Source of the DNA: Pelagomonas calceolata
Taxonomy: Eukaryota
DNA: 64,000 nucleotides
Direction of reading: 5' to 3'
Assembly (NCBI GenBank): GCA_918797485.1
Contig: CAKKNE010000001.1
Location: 3,224,001 to 3,288,000, forward strand
Shown here: positions 20,465 to 32,500 of the stretch, piece after piece
Position numbering within the stretch: the first letter of the stretch is position 1
How the letters are laid out: the number at the start of each line of letters is the position of its first letter
Program-made: the position numbers and the translations under genes
The notes under the pieces: generated by a model
Told to the model about the DNA's origin: nothing
The model's database searches: none
Seen by the model: only the letters and a program-made list of their open reading frames with translations

Positions 20465-21412
20465 ATGCCCATCGACTACACGCACTTCGATGAGATCGGC
20501 GACGACGCGCCCGTCCCACAAAAACGAGTGAGGAAGAAACCCCACGCGGGGCCCGAGGTCGTCCGGGAGGACTTTGAAGATGACATCTCCGCCTACTTGG
20601 ATGGGGGCCTGCCCATGCCGCCGCCGCCGCCGCTCACGGATGAAGAAAAACGCGAGCTCTTAAGGAAGTCAAAACTGAAATTCCAGGCGGCGAAGGACGA
20701 GTTCGGGGCCGAGGCGACGGCGTGGCACCGCGAGCAACTGAAGCTCGCCGCGCGGGACCGGTGCGTCTACGGCCCGGGCGCGCCGGGGGCGCCCTGCGAC
20801 GGCGGCCGCGCGCGCGTGCGTGGCGGCGAGGACCTCTCGACCTGGGACGCCGCCGCGAGGGCCGCGCAGACGAAGAAACCGGCTCCAGGACCCGAGTCGC
20901 TTGATATGAAAGCGTTGCGAGAACAAGCGGCGACGGGCGACGCGGAAGCCCAGTATCGCCTCGGTGCTCGTTTATATGAAGATAAAAAAGGCGCGGAGGC
21001 GGAGCGCTTTCTGAAGCTGGCCGCCGCGCAGCACCACGCCCAAGCCTGCGTCGCCCTCGGCGAGGCCTACGCGGCGCCCGTCGACGATCAGATTAGATTG
21101 GACTTGCAGGAGGCCCTCAAGTACTTCCGCAAGGCCGCGCGGGCGGGCCACGCCGCCGCGCGGCGGCGCGCCGCGTTCCTGGACGACGTGTTCCGCGAGG
21201 CCGAGGCCGAGGGCCCGGAGGCGCCGATCTTTGATGACGACGACGCCGCGGCGAAGAATGATGCGGCGGCGGCGGCGCGGGCGGCGCACGACGCGCGAAT
21301 GGCCCTCGAGGGCCCGGCGGCGCCGGGGATCGACCGCGGCGCGATCCGCGAGGCGACGGAGGCGCTCCGGGCGCTCGGGATGTCGTCGGCGGAGCTCCGC
21401 GAGCGGAGTTAG
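20465..21412 (+). CDS. Sel1-like repeat protein
   Basis: AATGDAEAQYRLG...AAAQHHAQACVALG...EALKYFRKAARAGH. Confidence 0.8.
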   Translation: MPIDYTHFDEIGDDAPVPQKRVRKKPHAGPEVVREDFEDDISAYLDGGLPMPPPPPLTDEEKRELLRKSKLKFQAAKDEFGAEATAWHREQLKLAARDRCVYGPGAPGAPCDGGRARVRGGEDLSTWDAAARAAQTKKPAPGPESLDMKALREQAATGDAEAQYRLGARLYEDKKGAEAERFLKLAAAQHHAQACVALGEAYAAPVDDQIRLDLQEALKYFRKAARAGHAAARRRAAFLDDVFREAEAEGPEAPIFDDDDAAAKNDAAAAARAAHDARMALEGPAAPGIDRGAIREATEALRALGMSSAELRERS

Positions 21413-22680
21413 TGTTGGTGTTGGTTGTTGGTGTTGTGTTTCGAATCAAAACTGGCCACGCAAGCGAGGCAGTGAAGCGGCCCGAGCCAAGCGGATAAAG
21501 GAGGACCGTGGAAGTGAAGTTCGGCCGCGAGGCGGTTGGCGACGACGTCCTCAAGCGAAGCGAGTGTTTGGAGGCGAGCGGCCTTCTTCGAACTTCGAGG
21601 GAAAAGCTCTACTTATTTTTGAGAGGGCCGACGAGGCCGTCCGGTGTGCGATCGACGAGGCCTCCGGCGCCAAGTTCAAGGACGTGAAGCAAGTCCGGGC
21701 GGCCGTGCCGGCGCGGGCCGCGCGCGAGCGGGAAGCGGCGCCGGGGCTCTCCTCTCGGCGGGGCGCGACGGGGCCGATCGCGAGGCGGAGCGCGCGCGGC
21801 TGCTGCGCGACGACGCGGCGGCGAAGACCGCGTCGGGCGTTTGTCGGGAGGGGGCGCGCCATCGGGGCGAGGGAGGCCTCGGTGCTGGGGCGGCTTGTGC
21901 TAAGTGTATCTGCTAAGTGACGTGTAGACAAATGTGTAGAGACTTTCGGTGTGAGGCGTGATTTAAAAGATGCACGGGAAATGAGTTTCAAAGTGTGAAA
22001 GTGTAAACAAGTAAGAATGGTAGCCACGAGTAAAATCGACCAAAGGACGAAAGACGAAGACGAGCCCTATACGCGCCACCCGCGGAAGTTTCGGCTTTAA
22101 GGCGCAGTCACAGTCAAGGTCGACCCCTTGAGGTCCTATTGAGGCCGCGCTCCGCCCCTCGTTCGCGTCCGTGCGAAAAACAACAGCACAAAGTTGCTGG
22201 ATACAAAACTCACCTCCGTGCGCCCGTAAACGCCCCTATCAGCGCCTCCGGCGCGCACGCAGTCCACGAGCAATAAAATCGCTGACCGCTAGCCGCGCTC
22301 GGCGCGCGAGCGGGAGGGTCGCGCGGTCGGCGAAACCCTTCCGCGCCGCAGGCCTAAGACATCATGAAGAAGACGATCATCGCCCTCGCGCTGGCCGCCG
22401 GCACGGCCGCGCTACCCCAAGTCAAGTCGCGCCTCCGCGGCACCGCGACGGACGAGGAGGCCCACCGCGTCGGCGGCCGCGCCCCGAACTTCGGCATGGA
22501 TTCAGCGTTGGCAAGCAGTTAAACGCCCCGCGGCGATGCGGCGCGGCGCCGTCGACCCCCCGAGAGGGCGGCCCAAGACAGGCGAACGTCAGAGAGCAAA
22601 ATTGGGGCGTCTCGTCGAAGCCGCGTTTCCTGAGCGTTTTCGCGCTCGCCGACGCAGGCAGAGACCTAAAAAACCACAAC

Positions 22681-23446
22681 ATGAAGCTCCTCATCGCCCT
22701 CGCGCTCGCCGCCGCGCCGTCCGCCCTCGCGATGGCGCCCTACGTCCCGTCCGAATTGAACGGGTGCGACGAACCCTGCGCGGATGTCGTTACTATCGAC
22801 TCGCCGTCCTTCCCCACGATTGAATCCGGTACTTGTTACGTATTTGACGGCATGTTCCCCTCCGGAGGGATAGGAGTCCCCGACGGGGTCAACTGTGTGA
22901 AGATCACGGTCCCGAGCGACTCCGGCCTAGTCTTCATTTCCGCACACATCCCGCGTCCTACTTGCCCCGCGCCCCGCGAAACGCTGAGACGCGGCGCGCG
23001 CAGGTCTTCGGCGACAACGCGGAGATCGTCAACGCCGGCAAGGTAATTTCCATCTTCGCGCGCCTCCCGCGTCTATTGCTTTTTGCTCTGCGAGGCCTTC
23101 AACCACGCAGGTCCAACCCACAGTTGACGGAACGAAGATCACGAACACCGGCACCATGAGCGACGGCAACCCCGTCCAGATCGCAGCGCGCCCCCTGCGT
23201 CCCTCCGCCTCCGAAGGGCCTCGACGACGCCTCCCTCGCGCGCAGGTCTTCTCGCCTAGTGGAGCCGAGATCACGGTGAGTGAGCCGGGCAAAGCGCAGA
23301 TCTTCGTGCGCGACCCGCGTCCGTTGAGCCCGCCGCGCGAAAGCGAAGAATTCGAAACGCAGGCCAATGGTGGAACCGACATCATCTTCAAGTGCTACGG
23401 TGCGGACGCGACGGCGACGCCCTCGACGCCCGCGCTCTGCCCCTAG
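22681..23446 (+). CDS. Small secreted protein, 5 exons (22681-22929, 23004-23042, 23111-23173, 23246-23305, 23363-23446)
   Basis: Signal peptide MKLLIALALAAAPSALA. Four GT...CAG phase-0 introns give a continuous frame to TAG 23446. An upstream signal-like ORF start at 22364 may be a further exon. Confidence 0.55.
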
Positions 23447-23585
23447 TCGTGAAGGGCCCTGCAGACCAGGAAACACCTCGAAGCGCCCCCCCGTCGGGCT
23501 ACGCAATGACATCCCTAGGGCCCCATATGGCTCCCGCTCGCGAGGCGCGTAAGGTGTACATACTAGTAGATATACAACACGACAG

Positions 23586-26500
23586 TTAGGACGACCGGCC
23601 CGTCGACCGGCGCGACCCGTCCTCGAGCCTGCGGAAGGTCGAGGGCGCGGACGTCGACGGCGTCAACCCATACGTCGTCGTCGACGGCGTCGCGATGGGC
23701 GTCGGCGGCGGCGACGCTAATGAAGACGACAACGCGGTCGACGCCTCGTCGCGCACCGAATCCAGGACGCTCTTCAGGTAGTCCGGGTCCGTCAAATCGG
23801 GCAGCTCCTCGACCTCCTCCTTCTTGTCGTACACAATAAGATTCTTGTTCCGATATTCGTGGCCCATCACTTTAGCCATCCGTTCCTTCTCCTCCTCGGC
23901 TTTGCTCGTCTCGTACTCCTGCAAAGCTGAGACGAGGACGTGCTCGTCCATGTGCTTGTCGCATTTCAATTCCTTGAAGCGATTGACGATGGATCTTTCC
24001 TTCGCCTGCCGGTCCGCAGCTAACGCTAGTTGGTCCCTGTTCAATTTCATGGCGTGCCTCACGGTACTATTCGAGCGGCTCTCCTCGATCTGTGCATCGA
24101 GCTGCTTTTCCGTCCGGACGACGTCCTGCAGTAACTTGGAAGCAACATCGCCGTAGCGCGGTTCCTCGCTAGGCGGCAGATGGTACCGATACTTGCAGCC
24201 CGTCGCCCCACCGACACTTTTGCCCTCGAAGACGGAATCGCAGCACGACCACCGCTTCCGCCGGTGGCCCATGCAACTCGCAGTGATCCTTTTGACGTCT
24301 TTATGGGCGGGACACGTTACGGGACACGCGACCCGATACGTCCCGGGATGGTAGCCGCAGGCGAAGGCCGAGTTGTGCGCCTCGGTGTAGGTCTGGCCGC
24401 AGGTCCGACAAATGATGGATCGTTCTCGCAACCGCTCATTGTAGGTCTTTCGGAACTTCAGACGTTTTTCTACTTCGTTTTCTGGAGGCGCTTGCCAGGA
24501 TTGAGCTTTCTGCGCGACGAGGTCAGGGACCTTGCGAGGAGAACAAGGAACACATTCCACGGGTACACCACCGGTCTCATGTGATAAACCACCTGCAACA
24601 CGATCCGCGTCGCGATCCTTCGCGATGCGCCGATTCCCGTCCATGATCTCCGCGAAGCGCGGCCCGTAGAGCGCCTCGTCCGCGGCCTCCTTCTCAAGCC
24701 GTTTCTGCTCGTCCTCGGCCTGCGCGCGGGGAGACGCGTGGGCGACGCCGTCGCGTGGCGCGTCGCGGCGGCGGTGGCGCGGCGATGGCGTCGCGGCGAC
24801 GGCGTGGGGGTCGACGGCACGCCATCGCGCAGGCGTCGCGGCGACGGCGTGCAGGTCACGCCATCGAGCAGACGTCGGCGACGCGGCGCGCCTCGCGGCG
24901 ATGGCGTGCCGGTCGGAGTGCCGAACCGCGACAGGCGTCGAAGGACGCAACGGGACGCCGCGGCGCGGACCTGCTCTTTGAGATATTCACGCATGTTCGC
25001 CTTCTTCCTCCGAGTGTCCGGCGAATCATTTTCATCATCAGCATGAGGATCTTCTTCTCCTGGAGATTCAGGCTCTGGCTCGATCTCGAGCACAGGCTTC
25101 GTGTCCACACGTTTATCATATCCAGTTAATGAAGGCACGTCGTCGTCTCGCACTACTCTGCCAGGCAGTCGCATCCCCAATATTTTGGGATGGAGCCGCC
25201 TCAAATCAACACCGTGCTTAATCACGGCGTACTTGAGCTCGAACGCTTCTTTATGGCCCCGGTGCCAGGACCAGTAGCGCACCCAGCCTTTAAACACTTC
25301 GGCTAAGACCTTACGTTGACTCCGGCCGAAGATCTTTTTGCCTAGTTCACTTCTAAACAGTCTCATGTAGTCCTTTCTAACACGTTTCCGCCACGTCTTC
25401 TGGAGGTCTCGCTCCCGCACCGCCGTGGCGGCTTCATTCCGCCGCGTCATTTCAAATAAAAGCATCTGCCGCCGCTCCGTGGCCACGATCTCAGATCTAT
25501 TGATAATTATCATGGCGAGCGTCCGGAAGTAGTGTTCATGTAGTTGTTGGTGCAATAGGGGCGTGAAGAATCGTTGATACACACCAGCAATGGATCGCGT
25601 GTCCATGCAGAGCGTGTCTCTGTCGACCCTGACCTTCGTTTTCCGTTTCCTCTTCTCTTCTTCCGTGCAAATCTCGAGCCATTTCGTGGCGTTATCCCTC
25701 AATAAAGTCTTCTCCGTGCACTCCTTGCGGAAGTAGATGGCCTTGGACCTGCGCGGAGCGTCGCGGTCGATCGTTCGTGAGCATTCGACTCACGAGGAGC
25801 GTAAACCCTCTCGGCGGCCGCGGCGACGGCGTCGCGGTGCGGGGACGTCGCGCCGACGCCATCGACGCGCCACGTCGACTTGATGGGCGACAGGCCGCGA
25901 ACCGGCCCCGGCGCGGTCCGAACGGCCTCAAAATCGTCTGATGGACACGAGTCGCGTCGATGGCGTGAAGGCGCCTCCACACGACGGGACGCCGAGATAC
26001 GTACCGCGCGCGCAGCTCGTCCATGCCCTTGCCCTGGCAGTAGAGCGCGACTTTTCTCAGGTTCGCCCGCGCGCGAAACGCCTGCTTCTCGATGACGCGC
26101 GCCTCCTCCTCGAGCTCCATCCACTCGAGCTCGGCCTTCGCATGCGCTATCAACGCATCCTTCCGGAAGGCCTCGAGGACCGCCGCCTGCTCGGCCTCGT
26201 GGCGCTGCCGTCTTTTCCTCAGTTCCCTCTGAGCTTTCTCTCGTCTCCTACGATGGCGGTACTTCCTCCTCTCAAGGCGCTCCTTCTTGACTCGATCTCT
26301 CATTTCTTCAGGAGCCTCGTCGAGAGGCGGTGCTAGGGTCTCGGGAATGAGGTCCTCCTGACTATCATCACTCAACACCGAAGACGCGTAGCCCTCGTCA
26401 TCTGACAGGTCCTCAATGACGGTAGAGTCCGCAGCTTCGTTCTCGAGCGCGTAGAGCTCCATCTCCTGTGTGGCACGGACATTGTCGCGACACCGCCGTA

Positions 26501-29500
26501 GACTCTCATGAGGCCGCGTCGACGCCATCGCCCCCACCAGATCAAGTTCAAGGTCAATGAAGACGCTGCGTCACGGACCTTCTTCAGCGCGGCTAACTGC
26601 TCGGCTTTCTTCTCCTCCGTGCGTATCGACATGGCGAGGTCGTCCTCGGCGAGCATCTCCTTGCACTCTCTTTCCCTGACAAGTTTCTGGGCCTGCTCCT
26701 TCTTCAGTTGATCTCTACGTTCCTGCTTCGACGACTTTTTAGTAGAAGCGCCGCCGACGTCGTACTTCGATCCAGATTGGCTCTTCGCCTCGAGCATGAA
26801 CAGCCGCATGGCCTGCTCCGCCTCCTTCATGTCCCGCCGCTCCCGCAGGTTGTTCGCGAACTCGTACTCGTAGAACGCTCTCGCACGCAATTCCTCCTCT
26901 TCCAGTACAGCGATGAGCCGGTTCTGCCGTCGCACCTCCCTCTCGTGGGCCTCCTTCGCCTCCTCGTCCTTCACCAACGATAAACGTCTGCGACGCTCCT
27001 CCTCCATGCGCACCTGGTCCTGTTTATTGGTGGCGCCCCACCTGCGCGGAGCATCGCGGTCTCGCGGTCCGCATCTCCCTCGCAGGTCGCGTCGATGGCG
27101 TCCCGGTGGTGGAGATCTCAGGGGCGAGCCATGGATCTCACCAACACGCCATCGCCGCGACACCTCGACGCGGTCCGAATGGCCTCAAATTCGACCTCGT
27201 CTGATGGACACGAGTCGTCTCAGTGAAGTGAAGGCACCGTAGGACGCCGAGAGCGCACATCTCGAGTTGCTTCTTCAACTCCTTCTTCTTCGTCGTCCAC
27301 CACCGCGACAGGATCGTGTAGACGCCGTGCTGCATGTGCTGCGGCTGGAGGAAGACGATGCCCGTCTCGTCCTCCGTGCGAGATTTCGCTTCTAAACCCG
27401 ATTTCAGGCCGTCCTCGCTGATGTCCGCCAGGAACTCGCGCAGGAACTCGAAGTACAGGAACTCCAGCGCATTTTCAGAGGTCAGCGCCGCGTTCTTCGC
27501 GTCGACGGCGCTCCGAGCATCCGCTTCTGACACGCGCGCCGCCTCGAGGACGAACTCTCTCCTCAATTTGCGCATGCGACTCGCGAAGTACTTCGCCTTT
27601 TGATAGGCTGTTAAAGGTACGGGTTTCGTCCCTTCGCCGCTCCACGTCCGGGCGGCGATCTCCATGCGCTGCGCTTCCCGTTCCGTGGCTTTCAGCGATC
27701 GTTTGGCGATGCCTAGTTTGCCTCTGGCTGTTCCCAGGATGGTCAACGCCCACGTGACCGCGGCCTTCACCTTCCGATCGACTTCTAGTAACTCTTTCTC
27801 CCTAGCACCGTCGAATTTCAACTTCTTCTTGTATAGATATTCATCTCTAGCCATGAGCTCCGTTTCTCTTCTTCTAATTGTTAACTCGGCAGAATAGAAG
27901 GCTCGGACATACAACTCGTCCTCGCGCATCGCTACTAAGTTACTTTGTGCAATAGCTCGCTCCGTCAGCATGATCCCCTCGAGGGGCATGTAGGCTCGCG
28001 CGCGCGGCTTGCCGAACTTGAGCTCGACGACGCAAATGCTATCTTCCGGTCTAAATAATAAAATGGGGCAATGACCGTACGGCGTGGGAACAATAACGCC
28101 TCGCGAGCGATAGTGCATCGACGCGACGATCTCAGCTCTTTCTCTCAGCACGATAGCTTTCGCATCAGCTTGTTCGCGTTTAACAGAAGCTCGTTCCGAC
28201 AGCGATTGGAGCTGGCGCTCCTGTCTGACCCTTTGTCTCAGGAGATCTCTCGTAGCCGTACCCAATTCCGCGGCGAGCTTCTCGCAGTCCTCGGCCGAGT
28301 CTTTTAAACCGCATAAAGCTAGATCCTTCTCCTTCTTGTCGATCTTCGCTGCTCTAAGGACCTCAAGGGCGTTCCCAAACTGCTGGTCGCTGACACCTGC
28401 GCGGAGCATCCCACGTCATCGTGCGATGGCCACGAGACGCCGCGTCGCACGCTTGACCTGCATGACCTTCGACGCCCCGACCAAATCTTTCTCGACCTGC
28501 TTCAGGTGCACTTCGCAGGTGAAGATCTCCCGATGCAAATATCCTAAAACATCATTGAACTGGCGCTTCTCCTGGTCGAGCTTCATGCGTTGCCTGCGCG
28601 GGGCGTCGCGGTCGCTCACGAGCTCGTCTGATGGACACGAGTCGTATTGAGGAAGTGAAGGCGCCGCAACACTTCAAAACGCGGAGATCGCGCCCTTTGA
28701 GATCCTCCAGTCTCTGCCGGTACGCGTTGACCCTGCCAACTAATAACAACATGTCGTGGAACGCCGCCCGGTGGCGCATGACGTACAACCGCTCGTCGTC
28801 CGGCCTAGCCGCACTGCGGAACGACGCCGCCTCGGCCTCGCAGCGCTTTTTACTTCGTGGCGAGAGGTCGTACTTGACGCTCTTGAGTTGATCCTCGGCC
28901 TCCTTGTCGAAGTCTCGCATGGATCGCGCTTCGGGACTGCCCGCGGCCGGTCGCTTCTCGGGCGAGGGCAGGGCCACGTGCTCGTTCTCCTCATCTGAGA
29001 GATATTCACCTCGCTCAATCGCACTCGCTCGCTCGTCGATTTCGCGGTCGGACCACTGCACGCCCTGGCGCTGGGCCCCGTGCGATTTGAGTAACCCGGC
29101 ATGCCTCCTATCTAAGTCGTACCTGCGCGGAGCATTTCCGTCAAAGCGGTCCGATGTGGCGTCGCGTCGACGGCGCCCTGACGACCACGTAGACTCTCGT
29201 GGGATCACAACGACGGCGTCTCGTGAAGACGCCATCGACGCGACCGCGGTCTCTCTGACGCGGTCCGAACTGCCTCAAACTCGAAAAAGAAACCACCCAC
29301 AACATGATACGAGTCCCAGCAACAAAGTGAAGGCACCTGAACACCTCAAGACGCCGAGATGCGTACACGGCCTTCATCTCGTCGAAGTCGTAAAAATGGA
29401 TGTCCGACTGGCGCACCAGATACTCCTCCTTCTCCAGTCTCATCCTCTCCTCCTCGATCTCAGCTAACTCCGAAGCCATATCGAGCGTCTCCGCGCGATA

Positions 29501-32500
29501 CGCGGCGGGGTTCAGGCGGTGCCGCGCGACCCTCCGACATAAAGCGGGATCGTCGCCGCCCCCCAAGCCTTGTAACTGCTCCGGCTCCTCGTGCGTCCGC
29601 GTCATCTCCTTGCCGCAGTCCAAACACCGCACGCCCTTCCCATATTTATCGCCCCAGGCCTTGGCCCGCAGATGCTGGCAGAAGCCCTCGCGTGAGGGCC
29701 CCTCGAAGAGCCGAATCGCCCGGTCAAAGTTCGGGATCAGGCCGATCTTCTCCCGCATGTGGGCGCGCCTAGCAGCTCGGAGTTTCGCCTTCTCCTTCTC
29801 CTCTTTCCGCTGTCGCGCGCGCTCCTCCGCTCTCGCACGACGCGCGGCATCATCATCGGCCTTGCGCATGGCCGCGACGTCCCGCAGCCGCTGCTCGCCC
29901 GCTTGGCGCCACTGCCGTTCTTCGGCACCGACGAGCGCCGCCACCTGTGCGGAACGACTGCGTGAGCATCGTATTCACTGGAAACGGTCCGAAACGGCTC
30001 AAATTTGGACCAGAGACCACCCATCGCCTTCTCTGATGGACACGAGTCGCGTCGACGGCGTAAAACCTTCGTAGAATCACGGGACGCCGCGTCCGACGTA
30101 GTCGTCCATCCAGCGCTGCTCGGCCTCGGCGTGCGCGCTCCGTTGCAACATCATGATCCGCGCTTTTTTTTGGATGTCGGCCCTACTCAAAGGTATGAGC
30201 GGCGGCGGTTTCAGTAACTCGCGCATCTCGGCGTCGGTCATCTTCTTGTTGAGGCCCGCCTGCGTGGGATCGTGTCAAGTTCAAGTTCAAGTTCAAGTTC
30301 AACAAACCTTCTTCTCGAGTCTCTTGAGTTTCTTTCTCTCTTTCTCCTCCTTCTTCGCCAGATCGAGGGCGGCCTGCGACTCCGCGTTCGTCATCGAGTC
30401 GATCTGCCTCTTGAGGAGCTTTCTTTCTTTAAATTTGTAGAAGGGCCTGCGCGGAGCGTCTCCCGTCGAACGCGGTCCGAACGGCCTCGTCTGATGGACA
30501 CAAGTTGATGGCGTGACTCCACACGACGGGACGCCGCGAGCGGACGTCTTCTTGAGGCGCTCCTTCATGGGCGTGAGCGCGTCGTTGTCGTCGTCGGACC
30601 GCGTCGAGCGCTTCGACGACGGCCGCGAGCCGGGCCTCGAGCCCGGCGTACCAGGTCGGGACCCGTCTTGTGAGCCTGGAGTGCCCGGCTTGCCCGGAGT
30701 ACCGGCTTCGTGGTCGCTCTCGGCCTCGCTGTCGACCTGTGTGGCCAGCAACCAGTGAGTCTCGGCGAGCGGTGAGGATCCGGCACCACCACGCCATCGA
30801 GCAGGCGTCGCGTCGACGGCGTGGACACGGCTGCCGACCTCGGGCGGCGGCCCCGGCTTCTTGATGAAGAACGAGATGGGCGTTAAACCGGCGCGCATCT
30901 CCTCGACGACGTTCTTGGCCCGCATCTTCGTCAATGTTTTGACGGCGCGCGTCGTCATGAGGCCCGCGGCCTCGGCGTAGGCCTCTCTCCGTTTTCTCTT
31001 GACCTGCGCGGAGCCTCAAACTCGAGAAAGAAACCACCCACGTCATCGTGAGATGGTCACGGGTCGTATCAGTGAAGTGAAGGCGCCTCAACACCTCAAA
31101 ACGCGGAGGTCGCACGGCGTCCCTTTTCGCTGCCTCGAACTTCGCCGTGTCCTCGCGCTCCTTGGCTTCGCGCTTCAAGCGGCGGTTGTCGACTTCGACG
31201 AGCGCGAGATACGCTCTCGCGTCCGCCTGTGTGGAGCGACTCGGTCCGAACGGCCCCAGAATCGGAAAAGAGACCACCCACACCATCGTGAGGTGGCCAC
31301 GAGTCGCATCGACGGCGTGAAGACACGGTATCGCACAATAGCAGCCTCCGCCTCGTTGTGCTCCCAGATCTTTCTAGTTTCGGGATCGGGCGCGACGCGC
31401 TGCGAAATGTAGTAGCGACACTCGTCGAGATCGAGCCAGTACGGCGGCCCGGCCATGCGCTCCATGTCGTCCACCGGTTGCACTTCGTAGCGGATGCGGC
31501 ACGTGACGCCTGCGCGCGAACGGCCTCGAAATCCAAAAAAAGACCACCCCCGGCCTCGTGAGATGGCCACGAGTCCCGGCAACGAAGTGAAGGCCCCGCA
31601 ACACCGCAGCATACCGCCTTCCAACCACTGCACGTCGACGCGGTTCACGCGCATGTGCTTCCACGTATTGTTGTCTTCGTCGAAGACCTCCAACGAGCAC
31701 CCGGCGCACTTCTTCGCGGCCTCGACCTTCGGTTTCAGGGCTTCTCTTTTACGTCTGAGATATTTTTTGAGCGACTGTCGGACTCGACGAGCATGAGCTT
31801 CTTGCTTCTTTTGCTGAGCGAGTTCTTCCTGCGTGGGAGGTTTCAGGGGCGTTTGAGAAGCCACACGAGAACGTCGGCGTCGTCTTGTACCGGTCTCCTC
31901 GGCGAAGCCCTTCTCGACCTGCGTGGCCATCGACCGGTGAGTCAGGCTATCTTCGCGTCGACGGCGTCTGAGAGCGTCGTCGAGCCTCGTCGAGCCTCGT
32001 CGAGCCTCGTCGAGCCTCCACGCCATCGACGCGACGCGTTCCTCGCTTCTTGCCGAGTGAGAGCGGTCGCGTTTGCTATCTCGGCACCGCGGCCCTGGTT
32101 TCGGCTCAAACTTGGACACGACGTCCCTCTGCTACACGCGACCGCGTGGGGCGAGCAGCACCCCACTCCGACCGCGAGAGACCCGAGATTGAAGTACAAC
32201 TTGAAGTTTTCGACACTGGTCTCGACGTCGTCCTGGGCCGCCTGGTCGGCCACTTGCATCAACTCGTCCCTCAACAACCTTCTGAAAGTACCAATATGAT
32301 GCCGCTGCGGCGTCGCGTGCAGACTATCGCTATCCCAGTAGCCCGGCGGCGCTTGCTGCGCGGAAACGACTCGGTCTCGACACGCGCTCAAAGTCGACAA
32401 AGAAACCACCCACGGCCATCGCTCCCGGAGACGACGCACGGTGTGAAGGCACCACTTCAAAACGCGGCGAGCGCACGCCGAACTTCGCGGCCTTCGCCGC

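Noticed and set aside
21480..22030. Coding-like stretch followed by an AT-rich patch
   Set aside because: No coherent ORF or recognisable domain; possibly a gene relic, but unsupported.
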